In this document: positions 19,529-29,427 of the stretch, in pieces
How the letters are laid out: every line of letters begins with the position of its first letter
Position numbering within the stretch: position 1 is the stretch's first letter
Source: an uncultured Gammaproteobacteria bacterium
Lineage (GTDB): Bacteria; Myxococcota_A; UBA9160; SZUA-336
Reading direction: 5' to 3'
Assembly (NCBI GenBank): GCA_964194645.1
Contig: CAXMNF010000307.1
Coordinates: 1 to 47,522 of the forward strand
DNA: 47,522 bases
Notes under the pieces: generated by a model
What the model was told of the DNA's origin: nothing
The model's input: the letters and a program-made list of their open reading frames with translations, nothing else
Database searches by the model: none
Program-made: the position numbers and the translations under genes

Positions 19529-20044
19529 CTAGGGCGTCGGAAGGTCCGGGACGTCGTGTACGAACACGTCGACCCGGCTGCCCCCGGCCGGCTCGGGGCT
19601 GACCGCCACGATCACACGCCGGGTGCCTCGGCTGGCGAGCACCAGCGACTCGGGGCCGTTCTCGTGGACCGTCTCGAGCGTCCAGTCGTCGGCCTCGTAC
19701 AACGCGCGCAACTGCTCGGCGAGCTGCGTCGCGTCGGCTGCGGAGGTCCAGCGGGCGGCCAGGCCCTGGTTCGCGAACGAACCCGCATAGCTGGCATCGG
19801 CCGGTACCGGGAGGTCGCTCGGAAAGCCCTCGGGCAGTTGCTGCCCCGCCACGAAGAGCGGCGCAGCGCCGGGCGCAGCCGCCTGCGGCGGCGGCGAGCT
19901 CTGCGGAGGAGCTTCAGCGGCGGGAGGCGTGGCTTCAACCGGCTCGCCCGGCGGGGCGGGCTCAGTGCCGCAGCCCGACAGGGAAAGAGCGAGCGTCGAC
20001 ATCAAGCCGGCCGCGAGTCCAAGCGCATCACGCGCGTGCATCAT
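19529..20044 (-). CDS. Hypothetical lipoprotein
   Basis: Lipobox LSGC, Pro/Ala linker, LPEGFPSDLPVP domain; SD GGAGA. Confidence 0.7.
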   Translation of the reverse strand: MMHARDALGLAAGLMSTLALSLSGCGTEPAPPGEPVEATPPAAEAPPQSSPPPQAAAPGAAPLFVAGQQLPEGFPSDLPVPADASYAGSFANQGLAARWTSAADATQLAEQLRALYEADDWTLETVHENGPESLVLASRGTRRVIVAVSPEPAGGSRVDVFVHDVPDLPTP

Positions 20045-20113
20045 CGTTTCTCCAGCGGGATCCAGGGCCCCAGGGGGCGCGATCATAGCAAGCGGCGCGG
20101 CTCCGTCGAAGGC

Positions 20114-20953
20114 CTAACCCGCCAGCTCGGCGCGGCCCGACCATGTCCAGGCGTGCATCGTGCGGCTCACCCCGAGCAGCACGCCGCCAGTCGCGCTCGG
20201 GTGGATGAACAGGTTGGGAGGGTCGGGCACACCCGGCGGCCCGGTGAAGCGCGCGCCTCGCGCTTGCAGCTGCTCGACCAACGCGGCCATGTCGTCGCAC
20301 TCCGCGTACGCCATGTAGATCGACTCGCCTCGCCGCTGGAAGAAACGACCCATCGCGAGCTCCGCAGCCTTGGTCTCGGCCAGCTCGATGCGGTCGAGGC
20401 GCTGCGGCGGATCGAACAACAGCAGAGTCCCGGTGTAGCCGTAGCCTTCGGACTCGATCTCGCTGGCGCGGGCCAGGTCGATGCCGAACAGGCGCGCGTG
20501 CTTGTCCTGCGTGCGCTTCCAGCTCCGCACCAGGTGGGTGACCTCGTAGAGCCCGCGCAGCTGGCCCGCCGGTTCAAGCGACACGACCGGCGAGATCACG
20601 CTCGCGAGCCCGTCGCTATCGCCCGGGTCGAGCAGCATCTGCTCGCCTTCCTCGGTCCAGCGCACGCCCGCGTCGAGCAGGCGCTCGCGCTGTGCGCCCA
20701 GGTCCGCGCACGAGAAGCCGGCGGCGCGGATCCCAGGGCCCCAGGCATCCAGGTACTCGGCGACCAGCCCGGCCCCGCTCGGTGCCAGCAGCTCGAGTTC
20801 GCTATCGCCGAGCCGCAAGACCATGCGGCGCGCGCGCAGGCTCTCGACCGAATCCTCGCGCACGGGCTCGGCGCCGAGCAGCGCAGTCCAGGTCTCCTGT
20901 GCGCTGCGCAAGTCCGGGACGGCCAACTGGAGGCGATCCACACGTTCAAGCAC
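20114..20953 (-). CDS. Two-domain VOC/glyoxalase-like protein
   Basis: GTG 20953; VDRLQLAVPDL, ELELLAP, FIHPSATGGVLL. Confidence 0.8.
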   Translation of the reverse strand: MLERVDRLQLAVPDLRSAQETWTALLGAEPVREDSVESLRARRMVLRLGDSELELLAPSGAGLVAEYLDAWGPGIRAAGFSCADLGAQRERLLDAGVRWTEEGEQMLLDPGDSDGLASVISPVVSLEPAGQLRGLYEVTHLVRSWKRTQDKHARLFGIDLARASEIESEGYGYTGTLLLFDPPQRLDRIELAETKAAELAMGRFFQRRGESIYMAYAECDDMAALVEQLQARGARFTGPPGVPDPPNLFIHPSATGGVLLGVSRTMHAWTWSGRAELAG

Positions 20954-20993
20954 GGCGCCATCGTACTGGATGCGCGGGCCACCGGAGAGGCGC

Positions 20994-22430
20994 TCAGCCG
21001 GACAGAGGCCGCCGCGCCCGTTCGAGCAGCCGCGCCCAGCGCGCGCGCGCCTCTCGCCGCTCGGCTTCGGGCAGCGCCGGACGGAACCGCTCGGGCGCGG
21101 CCAGGCTCTTGCGGCAGGCCGCCGGACTCTCGAACACCCCGACGGCCAGACCGGCCAGCTGGGCGGCGCCCAAGGCAGTCGTCTCGGTCTCGGCCGCGCG
21201 CAGCACGTCGCGCCCGTACAGGTCCGCCAGGGTCTGGAGCAAGGCGCCACTGCGAGCCAGCCCGCCGTCGGCGTGCAGCTCAGCGCCTGCGGGCTCGAGC
21301 GCGTCTGTCAGATCGACGCAGCGTTGTGCGACGCCGTCCAGCACCGCGCGCGCCAGGTGCGCGCGCCCAGTGCCACGCGTGAGGCCGCTGAAGAGTCCGC
21401 GCGCCTCGTCGTCACCGTACGGTGTGCCGAGCCCCTGCAGGGCGGGCACGAACTGCACGCCCCCGGACGACTCGACCTCGCGCGCCAGGCGGTCGACGCC
21501 CGCGCCGTCGGGCGCCACCCCGAGCGACACCAGCCAGTCGACGGCCGCTCCGGCCGTGAGCACCTGCGCTTCCAGGCAGAACTCGGGCGGCCGGCCCTCG
21601 AGCTGCCACAACACCAGCGGGAAGGTAGCGGCCGGCGGCACGGCCGGCTGCTCGCCAGTGTGCACGTCGAGCATGGCCGAGGTGCCGAGCGTGAGCTTGG
21701 CCGCGCCGCGCTGGTGCACGCCCTGGCCGAAAGCCGCAGCCTGTTGGTCCCCTGCGCGGGCCGCGACCGGAAGCGCGCAGCCGAGCAACTTGCGCGAGGT
21801 CTCGCCGATCACGGCGTTGCTCGCCACGAGCTGCGGCAGCACCTCGGGCGGCACGCCGAACAGCTCGCAGAGCGGCACGGCCCAGGCGCCCGCGTTCGGG
21901 TCGAAGAGTGCCGTGCACGACGCCTGCCCGGGATCCGTCACGTGCGCGGCTCCGCCGGTCAGCCGGTAGCTGAGCCAGCTGTCCGGCGTGCCGACCTGCA
22001 GGCGGCCCGCCCGGGCCGCCTCCTGCACAGCCGGCTCGTTCTGCAGCCACCACTCGAGCTTCGTCGCGGAGGCCAGGGTCGTGATCGGAATGCCAGCCGC
22101 GCGCATGCCGGCGACGCGCTCGGCGCTGCGCTGGTCCTGCCAGGACAGCGCGGGCGCGAGCGGCTCGCCGCTCGAGCGGTCCCAGGCCAGCACCGTTGCG
22201 CGCTGCGTAACGACCCCGAGCGCGCGCGCATCGTCCACGCCGACGAGCACCTCGCGCAGCACCTCGACGGAGCGCTCCCACATCTCGGCGGGGTCCTGCT
22301 CGACCCTGCCCGGCGCCGGGAAGGCGCTGCCGAGCGGGCGGTAGGCACGCGCGCGCACCTCACCGCTCTCGTCGAGGAGCAGCGCGCGCACTCCGGTGCT
22401 GCCCAGATCCAGGGCGACGAGCGCGCTCAC
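20994..22430 (-). CDS. glpK: Glycerol kinase / FGGY-family kinase
   Basis: LDLGSTG, QRAT, WQDQR, GDQQAA, FVPALQGLG, ADGG, ETTALGAA; GTG 22430. Confidence 0.85.
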   Translation of the reverse strand: MSALVALDLGSTGVRALLLDESGEVRARAYRPLGSAFPAPGRVEQDPAEMWERSVEVLREVLVGVDDARALGVVTQRATVLAWDRSSGEPLAPALSWQDQRSAERVAGMRAAGIPITTLASATKLEWWLQNEPAVQEAARAGRLQVGTPDSWLSYRLTGGAAHVTDPGQASCTALFDPNAGAWAVPLCELFGVPPEVLPQLVASNAVIGETSRKLLGCALPVAARAGDQQAAAFGQGVHQRGAAKLTLGTSAMLDVHTGEQPAVPPAATFPLVLWQLEGRPPEFCLEAQVLTAGAAVDWLVSLGVAPDGAGVDRLAREVESSGGVQFVPALQGLGTPYGDDEARGLFSGLTRGTGRAHLARAVLDGVAQRCVDLTDALEPAGAELHADGGLARSGALLQTLADLYGRDVLRAAETETTALGAAQLAGLAVGVFESPAACRKSLAAPERFRPALPEAERREARARWARLLERARRPLSG

Positions 22431-23827
22431 CGCTCCGGAAGCAAGGCGCCGGGGTTGAGCAGCCCGGCTGGATCGAGCGCGCCCTTCAGGGTGCGCAGCA
22501 GCTCGGTGCCGACCGGACCCAGCTCGTCGGCGAGCTGCTCGCGGCGCACCCGGCCGATCCCGTGGTGGTGTGCGATGCCAGCGCCGAGCCGCGCGCAGGC
22601 CTCCATGGTGCGCCGCCAGCACTCGCGGTAGGTGTCGGCCATGTCCTCGCGCCGCTCGGGCTTGGCGATGAACGTGAAGTACAGGTTCGTACCCGATCGG
22701 TAGGAGTGACTGGAGTGCGCACTCACCGCGCGCACGCTCGGCAGCTCGCCGACTGCGCTGGTGACCGCGTCGTAGAGCACGGGCACCCGCTGCCAGGTCG
22801 TGGCCACCTCGATGGTGTCGACCACCAGGCCGCTCTCCAGCAACTCGGCGAAGGTCGGCACCTGGTTGCGGTGCTCGAGCCAGTGCGTCACCGAGCCAGG
22901 ATCGCCCGCCTCCGCGCCGGCCGCGTGGCACAACTCGGCCACCGCCCGCTCCTCCGCGGCCACCGCGGCCTCGGGTCCCTCGTGCAGCAGGATCAGCAGC
23001 GCCCGACCGTCCGGACACCAGTCCGCGAACTGCCGGCCCGACTCGATCGAGTCGTAGAGCCGCAGCACCGGCGGCCGCCAACCGACGCGCATCAGGCTGC
23101 GCAGCGCCTCGAGGCCCTGCTCGAGACTCGCGAAGTGGAAGGCAGCGCCGCGAGTCGCCTCGGGCAGCGGCCGCAGCGAGAAGGTCACCTCGGTGATCAC
23201 GCCGAGCGTCCCTTCGCTGCCCATGAAGAGTTGGCGCAGGTCGGGTCCGGCGGACGCGCGCGGCGTCTCACGCGTGCGCAGCACCGACCCGTCGGGCAGC
23301 ACCACCTCGAGCGCGAAGAGCACGTCCTCGATATTCCCGTAGGCCGTGGAGTACTGGCCCGCGGCCCGCGTGGCCACCCAGCCTCCCACGGTGGAGAGCT
23401 CGATCGACTGCGGCCAGTGGCCGATCGTGAGTCCGTCCTGCTGCACTCGGCGCTCCGCCTCGCCGCCCATGGTCCCGGCCCTGAAGCGCGCCAGCATGTC
23501 GTACGAATCGAGCTCGAGCAGTCCGTCGAGGCCCCGGGTCGACAGCACCACCGTGTCGGGCGAGGCCTGGATCGCGCCGCACACGCCGGAGCCGCCGCCG
23601 AACGGCACCACGGGTACGCCGAGCTCACGGCACAGTGAGAGCGTGCGCGAGACATCGGCCGTGCTGCGCGCGTGCACGACCGCGGCGGGCTGCGGAGCAC
23701 TGCGGCCCTGCAGATCATCCAGCTGAGCGAGCATCCAGCTGTCGTGGCGGTGTGCAGCGCGCGCCGCGTCGCTGGTGTCGACCTGGTCGCCCAGCTCTTT
23801 GCGCAGCCGCTCGATGAGTGCGCTCAC
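22427..23827 (-). CDS. FAD-linked oxidase, alkyl-DHAP synthase (AGPS)-like
   Basis: GHWPQS..STVGGWVATRAAGQYSTAYGNIED, GSEGTLGVITE, HHHGIG, LNPG. Confidence 0.88.
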   Translation of the reverse strand: MSALIERLRKELGDQVDTSDAARAAHRHDSWMLAQLDDLQGRSAPQPAAVVHARSTADVSRTLSLCRELGVPVVPFGGGSGVCGAIQASPDTVVLSTRGLDGLLELDSYDMLARFRAGTMGGEAERRVQQDGLTIGHWPQSIELSTVGGWVATRAAGQYSTAYGNIEDVLFALEVVLPDGSVLRTRETPRASAGPDLRQLFMGSEGTLGVITEVTFSLRPLPEATRGAAFHFASLEQGLEALRSLMRVGWRPPVLRLYDSIESGRQFADWCPDGRALLILLHEGPEAAVAAEERAVAELCHAAGAEAGDPGSVTHWLEHRNQVPTFAELLESGLVVDTIEVATTWQRVPVLYDAVTSAVGELPSVRAVSAHSSHSYRSGTNLYFTFIAKPERREDMADTYRECWRRTMEACARLGAGIAHHHGIGRVRREQLADELGPVGTELLRTLKGALDPAGLLNPGALLPER

Positions 23828-25452
23828 TCGAGGGGACCGTCGAATGCCAGGTCGCAGGCCAGGCGCGCGCGTGTCGCGGAGACTTCCTCGCGCACGCGCT
23901 CCTCCGGCCAGCCGAGCAGCCCGGCCATGCGCCGCGCCACGGGCTCGACGGCCTCCCGCGCGACGGCGGGTGCCCAATAGGCGCTCCGGTTGCGCCGGTA
24001 CAGGATGTCTTCGACGGTCACGGCGCCCTCCTCGCAGACGGCCCAGTCTACCTCGCCCGTGAGCAGCCGGGCGCCCGGCACGAGCGGCTCGGCGCCCAGC
24101 GCCAGCACGCGCTGCGCCTCGGTCCCGTACAGCCGCGCCAGCGGACGGGCCGCGTCTGCGGGTGCGCCAGAGCCGTGCGTGAGCTTCTCTGCGAGCCCGT
24201 CGAGGTCTCCGTCGAAGTCCCCGCCCGGCAGCTCGTCGTCCGGGTCGGCATCGGGCAGCGTCTGGCCCAGCGCCTGGGCCACCTTGCCGAGCACATTGAC
24301 CGCCATCGGCCGATAGCCCGTGAGCTTGCCGCCCGCGATCGACACCACCCCGTGCGGTCCGATCAAGATCTCATCCTTGCGGGAGATCTCGCTGGCGGGC
24401 TTGCCAGGTTGAGCGACCAGCGGACGCAGTCCCGCCCAGGCCCCCACCACGTCGTGCACCGCCAGCGGCTCGATGTCGAAGTAGCGGGTCACCGGCTCGA
24501 GCAGGTACTCGACGTCCGCGCGCTCGACCGGAGGCCACGCCTCGGGACCGCGCCGATAGGACGTGTCGGTGGTGCCCAGGTAGGTGACCTGACCGCGCGG
24601 GATCGCGAAGATCGTGCGCCGGTCGGCGGTGTTCATGACCAGGATGTGGTGGATCGGCAGACGCTCGGCGGCCACCGCCACATGCACGCCCTTCGAGAGG
24701 TGCAGCCAGTCTGGCGCGTCGGGCTCGTCGAGCCGGCGCACGGTTTCGACCCAGGGGCCAGCCGCGTTCACGATGCAGCGACCGCGCACCCGGAACTCGC
24801 AGCCGCTGCGCGCGCAGCGCACCCGCACCGCGGACGCGCGGCCGTGCTCCAGCAGAATTTCCTCGACCGGGGCATAGCTCAGCGCGAGGGCTCCCAGCCC
24901 CACTGCGCCGCGCAGGTTGGCCAGCACCAGGCGGGCATCGTCCGTCAAGTACTCGCGATACGCGCAGGCCCAGGGGTAGGCGCCGCGCGCGATCAACGGC
25001 TCCTCGCGGGCCAGGTCTCCGCTCGACCAGTTCACGTGGCGATCCGCGCGGCTCACCGAGCCGAGCGTCTCGTAGACCTGGACCGCCGCTCGGAACTTCA
25101 ACAGGGTCGCGCGGTTGCGGCAGGGGAGCACCATCCAGCGCGGCTCCGCCAGGTGTGGGGCAATGCGCAGGATCTGCTTGCGCTCCAGCGCCGTCTCACG
25201 CACCAAGGCCACGTCGCCCATGGCCAGGTAGCGCAGGCCCCCGTGGATCAGCTTCGAGGAGCGGCTCGAGGTGCCGATCGCCCAGTCCCCGGCCTCCAGC
25301 AGGGCCACGGAGAGCCCGCGCGAGGCTGCCTCGCGCGCCGTGCCGGCACCGGTGATGCCGCCGCCGATCAGCACCAGATCAAAGGACCCCTGCTCGAGGG
25401 CGGTGATCGTGGCTTCCCGCTCCAGCGTCGATATGGATCCTGCGCGCGCCAT
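23824..25452 (-). CDS. glpD: FAD-dependent glycerol-3-phosphate dehydrogenase/oxidase
   Basis: IGGGITGAG, GTSSRSSKLIHGGLRYL, NAAGPW, KGVH, GGKLTGYR. Confidence 0.92.
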   Translation of the reverse strand: MARAGSISTLEREATITALEQGSFDLVLIGGGITGAGTAREAASRGLSVALLEAGDWAIGTSSRSSKLIHGGLRYLAMGDVALVRETALERKQILRIAPHLAEPRWMVLPCRNRATLLKFRAAVQVYETLGSVSRADRHVNWSSGDLAREEPLIARGAYPWACAYREYLTDDARLVLANLRGAVGLGALALSYAPVEEILLEHGRASAVRVRCARSGCEFRVRGRCIVNAAGPWVETVRRLDEPDAPDWLHLSKGVHVAVAAERLPIHHILVMNTADRRTIFAIPRGQVTYLGTTDTSYRRGPEAWPPVERADVEYLLEPVTRYFDIEPLAVHDVVGAWAGLRPLVAQPGKPASEISRKDEILIGPHGVVSIAGGKLTGYRPMAVNVLGKVAQALGQTLPDADPDDELPGGDFDGDLDGLAEKLTHGSGAPADAARPLARLYGTEAQRVLALGAEPLVPGARLLTGEVDWAVCEEGAVTVEDILYRRNRSAYWAPAVAREAVEPVARRMAGLLGWPEERVREEVSATRARLACDLAFDGPLE

Positions 25453-25519
25453 TTCCCTCGAAGCTCGTCGTTCGCAGCGCGGGGGATCGTAACGCATGCA
25501 CCGGCTACAATCGCCCGCC

Positions 25520-28102
25520 ATGAAACGACTCTCCACCGACGTGCGGCCCGAGCACTACGCGCTCGAGTTGGTGGTCGATCCCCGCCGCGACGACTTCCGC
25601 GGCCGGCTCACGCTGCGCCTCCAGGCCCCGCCGGGCACGAGCTCCCTCGAACTCCACTCGGTCGACCTGAAGATCGAGGAGGCCTCCGCCGAGGACAGCC
25701 GCGGCGATCTGGCGGTCTCGAGGGTGGTAGAGCACGCCGGGCACGAGACCATCGAGCTGCGCCTGGCGCGTCCGCTGGAGGGCGACCGGGCCACCGTGCA
25801 CCTGCGCTACCGGGGTCCGCTGCGCCGGGACCTGCGCGGCCTGTACCTTGCGCGCTCCGGCGAGCGCCGCTATGCGGCGACGCAGCTCGAGGCAACCGAT
25901 GCGCGGCGCATGTTCCCGTGCTTCGACGAACCCGACAAGAAGGCGCGCTTCGCGCTCACGGTGCAGATCCCCAAGGGCGCGCGCGCCGTCTCGAACGGTG
26001 CGATCGCGGGCGAAACGCTCCGCGGGACGCGCAAGACCGTGCGCTTCCGCGAGACCCCGCCGCTGTCCACCTACCTGGTGGCGCTGGTCGTCGGCGATCT
26101 CGAGTGCTCGCGCGCGCGGCGCTGCGGCAAGACGCCAATCCGGGTGTGGCACGTGCCCGGAAAGAGCCACCTGACGAGCTTCGCGCTCGAGGCGGCCGTC
26201 GCGTCGCTCGAGCGGCTGGAGCGCTACTTCGGCCTGGCCTATCCGTACGGAAAGCTCGACCTGATTGCCGTGCCCGACTTCGAGTTCGGAGCGATGGAGA
26301 ACGCGGGAGCGGTGACCTTCCGGGAGAGCCTGCTGCTGGTCGACCCGACGACCGTGACCCTGGGCGAGCGCAAGCGCGTGGCCGAGGTGATCGCGCACGA
26401 ACTCGCGCATATGTGGTTCGGCGACCTGGTCACGATGGCCTGGTGGGACGACTTGTGGCTGAACGAGGCGTTCGCCACCTGGATGGCGTTCTCGATCGTC
26501 GACGACTGGAAGCCCGAGTGGGAGATGTGGCTCGACTTCCAGCACCACCGGGCAGCGGCGTTCGCCCTCGACGGACTGAAGAACACCCATCCGATCTACG
26601 TCGAGGTGGCCAGCCCCGGCGAGGCGACCGAGAACTTCGACGCGATCACTTACGAGAAGGGCGCCTCGGTGGTGCGCATGCTCGAGCACTGGCTCGGCGC
26701 CGCAAAGTTCAAGAAGGGCGTGCGCAGCTACATCCGCGCGCACCGCGAGGGGAACGCCCGCGCGGCCGACCTGTGGCGCGCGCTCGGCAAGGCGTCCGGC
26801 ACCGCGGTGGCCCCGATGGTGCGGGCCTGGATCGAGCGTCCGGGCTTTCCGCTGGTATCGGTGAAGCGGGTGGATCGCGGCAAGCGCGCCTGGCTCGATC
26901 TCGAACAGGAGCGCTTCTTCGCCAGTGCGCGCGTCCCGGACGAGGCGCGCCGCGAGCGCTGGCCGATCCCGGCGGTGCTGCGCGTGCGCGGGCGGGGCGC
27001 GCCGCGCCAGCTGCGCAAGCTGGTGACTGCGCGGCGCGCCAAGATCGAGCTAGGCAACGCCGCGGACGTGCGCTGGGTGTATGCCAATGCGGACGAGGGC
27101 GGCTTCTACCGACCCCTGCACGACGCCGCTCTGCTCGACACTCTGGTGCACGAGCTCGACAAGCTCACGCCAGCCGAGCGCATGGGGCTGGTCGGCCACC
27201 AGTGGGCGGGCGTGCGAGCCGGGCGTGCACCGCTCGGCGACTTCCTCTCCCTGATCGCTGGCCTGGGCGACGAGCCGCGCCACGAGATCCTCGAGGCAGC
27301 ACTCGGTCCGCTGCACTGGCTCGCGGACCAGGTCGAGCCGCAGCTCGCGCCGGTAGACTCGGCCGCCTACCGGCTGTGGCTGTCGGCGGTGTTCAAGCCG
27401 GCCTGGCGCGAGCTCGGCTGGCAGGCCCGACCGCGCGAGGGCGACCCGGAGCGCGCACGTCGCGCCGTACTGCTGCGTCTGATCGGCGGCGCAGCCGAAG
27501 ACACGGAGCTCCTCGAGCAGGCCGACAGCCTGATCGAGGGCTACCTGCGCGACCGCAGCGCGCTCGAGGCCAACCTGGCCGGTCCGACCGTGGAGCTCGG
27601 CGCGCGGCTGGGCGGCAAGCGCCGCTACGAGACCTACCTGCGCATCATGCGCAAGGCGCGCACGCCGCAGGAGCGCACCCGCTTCGAGCTGGGGCTCGGC
27701 TCGTTCCGCGACCCGGCCTTGGTGCTGCGCACACTCGAGCTGCTGCTGGGCGACGACGTGCCGACGCAGGACGTCGTGCCCTTGCTGATGCGAATGCTGG
27801 CCAACCCGGCGGGCCGCGAGGCTGCCTGGTCGTTCATCCAGCGGCGCTGGGACGCTCTCGAGCCACGCATTTCGACCGGTCTGGCACCGCGACTCGTGAC
27901 CGCGCTTCCGGCGCTGCAGACCAAGGAGTACCGCGCCCAGGTCGCCGCCTTCTTCAAAGCGCACCCGCTCCCGTCTGCGACTCGCGCGCTCAAGCAGGCG
28001 CTCGAGACCTTCGCACTCGATGCCGAGCTGCGCCGCAGGGCGACGCGCGAGCTGGCGCGCTGGCTCGCGCAGCACTCGCGTCCCGGGAGGACACGCCGAT
28101 GA
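25520..28102 (+). CDS. M1-family Zn aminopeptidase with ERAP1-like C-terminal domain
   Basis: GAMEN and HELAH-x18-E motifs; ARRMFPCFDEP; YEKG. Confidence 0.95.
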   Translation: MKRLSTDVRPEHYALELVVDPRRDDFRGRLTLRLQAPPGTSSLELHSVDLKIEEASAEDSRGDLAVSRVVEHAGHETIELRLARPLEGDRATVHLRYRGPLRRDLRGLYLARSGERRYAATQLEATDARRMFPCFDEPDKKARFALTVQIPKGARAVSNGAIAGETLRGTRKTVRFRETPPLSTYLVALVVGDLECSRARRCGKTPIRVWHVPGKSHLTSFALEAAVASLERLERYFGLAYPYGKLDLIAVPDFEFGAMENAGAVTFRESLLLVDPTTVTLGERKRVAEVIAHELAHMWFGDLVTMAWWDDLWLNEAFATWMAFSIVDDWKPEWEMWLDFQHHRAAAFALDGLKNTHPIYVEVASPGEATENFDAITYEKGASVVRMLEHWLGAAKFKKGVRSYIRAHREGNARAADLWRALGKASGTAVAPMVRAWIERPGFPLVSVKRVDRGKRAWLDLEQERFFASARVPDEARRERWPIPAVLRVRGRGAPRQLRKLVTARRAKIELGNAADVRWVYANADEGGFYRPLHDAALLDTLVHELDKLTPAERMGLVGHQWAGVRAGRAPLGDFLSLIAGLGDEPRHEILEAALGPLHWLADQVEPQLAPVDSAAYRLWLSAVFKPAWRELGWQARPREGDPERARRAVLLRLIGGAAEDTELLEQADSLIEGYLRDRSALEANLAGPTVELGARLGGKRRYETYLRIMRKARTPQERTRFELGLGSFRDPALVLRTLELLLGDDVPTQDVVPLLMRMLANPAGREAAWSFIQRRWDALEPRISTGLAPRLVTALPALQTKEYRAQVAAFFKAHPLPSATRALKQALETFALDAELRRRATRELARWLAQHSRPGRTRR

Positions 28103-28440
28103 GCGAGCTGGCCGAGCGCCGCTGCGAGCCGTGCAAGAGCGGAGTGCCGCCGCTCAGCGCCTCCCAGACCGCGCCGCTCCTGGAGCAACTCGACCGCGAC
28201 TGGCGGGTGATCGACGGACATCACCTGTCGCGGGTGTATCGCTTCCAGAACTTCAGCACGGCTCTCGACTACGTGAACGCGGTCGGTGCGCTGGCCGAGG
28301 AGTAGGGGCACCACCCCGACCTGCACCTCGCCTGGGGGAAGGTGGGCGTCGAGATCTGGACCCACAAGATCGACGGGCTCCACGAAGCGGACTTCGTGTT
28401 CGCCGCCAAGTGCGACCGGCTCTACCCCGGCGCGCCCTAG
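28099..28440 (+). pseudogene. phhB: Pterin-4a-carbinolamine dehydratase interrupted by in-frame TAG at 28303-28305
   Basis: [37 protein letters not shown] in a single frame; SD GGAGG. Confidence 0.85.
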
Positions 28441-29366
28441 AGCGGCCCTTCGCCGCGGTGCGCGAGGCCTGCGCAGAGGTGGCGCGCCGCGCGCGCTTCG
28501 TGGGCATCGACGAGCCGGCCCTGGAACGCTACGCCGAGCAGCTGTCCGCGGACGAGGTGGACACGACCGAGGGGCCACGCCTGCCGGGCGACAGCGACCC
28601 CGAGCTGCGCTGCGCATTCGTGCTGACCCTGGACGCGGTGAACTTCGGCTCCGGATGGTTCCCCGAGCTGCGCAAGCGCCCCGGTCACTCCGGCTATCGC
28701 ACGATCGAAGCCGTGCTGATCGAGCGCTTCGACCGGGCTGGACCGCTCGGCGCGGCCGAGCTGTCCGCGGTCACTCCGGCGGCCTGTGCGGATCTCTTCG
28801 GGCAGGGCCTCGCGAGTCCGGCGGTCGCCGAGCTGATGGGCCTGTTCGCCCGGGCCTGGCGCGAGCTCGGCGAGCGGGTCGCCGGTCCCTTCCTGCCCTT
28901 CGTCAGCGAGTGCCGCGGCAGCGCAGCGGCGCTGGTCGCGCGGCTCTTGGACCTGCCCATGTTTCGCGATGCCTGTTACTACGAAGGCCAGCTCGTGCCG
29001 CTCTTCAAGCGGGCACAGCTCGCGGTCGCCGATCTGCATGCGGCCCTGCCCGACGGGGCCGGCCGCTTCGACGACCTGGACGAGCTGACCCTGTTCGCCG
29101 ACAACCTGGTGCCGCACGTGCTCCGGCTGGACGGGGTCCTGCGGGTCGAGAGCGGCCTGGTGGAGCGCATCGAGCGGGGCGAACTGTTGCAGCCCGGCTC
29201 GCCGGAGGAGGTCGAGCTGCGCGCCGTGGCCGTGCACGCGGTGGAGTGTCTGGCCGCGCTCTCGGCGATTCCCCCACGGCGGCTCGACTTCTGGCTGTGG
29301 ACCCGCGGCGCCGCCCCGCAATACAAGGCAAGACCACGCCACCGCTGCCGCTGCACGTTCTACTAG
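28410..29366 (+). CDS. Queuosine salvage protein (DUF2419/QNG1-like queuosine nucleotide N-glycosylase)
   Basis: [15 protein letters not shown]...[36 protein letters not shown]...FY; start uncertain (GTG 28410 or 28458). Confidence 0.85.
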   Translation: MRPALPRRALERPFAAVREACAEVARRARFVGIDEPALERYAEQLSADEVDTTEGPRLPGDSDPELRCAFVLTLDAVNFGSGWFPELRKRPGHSGYRTIEAVLIERFDRAGPLGAAELSAVTPAACADLFGQGLASPAVAELMGLFARAWRELGERVAGPFLPFVSECRGSAAALVARLLDLPMFRDACYYEGQLVPLFKRAQLAVADLHAALPDGAGRFDDLDELTLFADNLVPHVLRLDGVLRVESGLVERIERGELLQPGSPEEVELRAVAVHAVECLAALSAIPPRRLDFWLWTRGAAPQYKARPRHRCRCTFY

Positions 29367-29427
29367 GGTGGCACTCCGAGGTCTCTGGAGGTAGGGTACG
29401 CCCTCCCAGAGCGAGGAAAGTCCCTTC

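Noticed and set aside
23818-28305. 1495-aa ORF on the + strand
   Set aside because: Shadow frame: antisense to glpD and out of frame with the M1 peptidase, Arg/Ala/Pro-rich with no motifs; only its last 68 codons are real (phhB N-terminus)
28303-28305. Genome-wide amber reassignment or pyrrolysine use
   Set aside because: About 25 genes end at TAG at their expected C-termini, and no pyl genes are present in the window
28020-28409. Long N-terminal extension or frameshift fusion of phhB with the queuosine-salvage gene
   Set aside because: The extension is low-complexity shadow translation over phhB, no slippery site is evident, and phhB homology continues in its own frame
29413-29423. GAGGAAAGTCC, the RNase P RNA conserved motif
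   Set aside because: The intergenic gap is only about 60 nt, the rest of rnpB is absent, and it is better explained as the SD region of pntA
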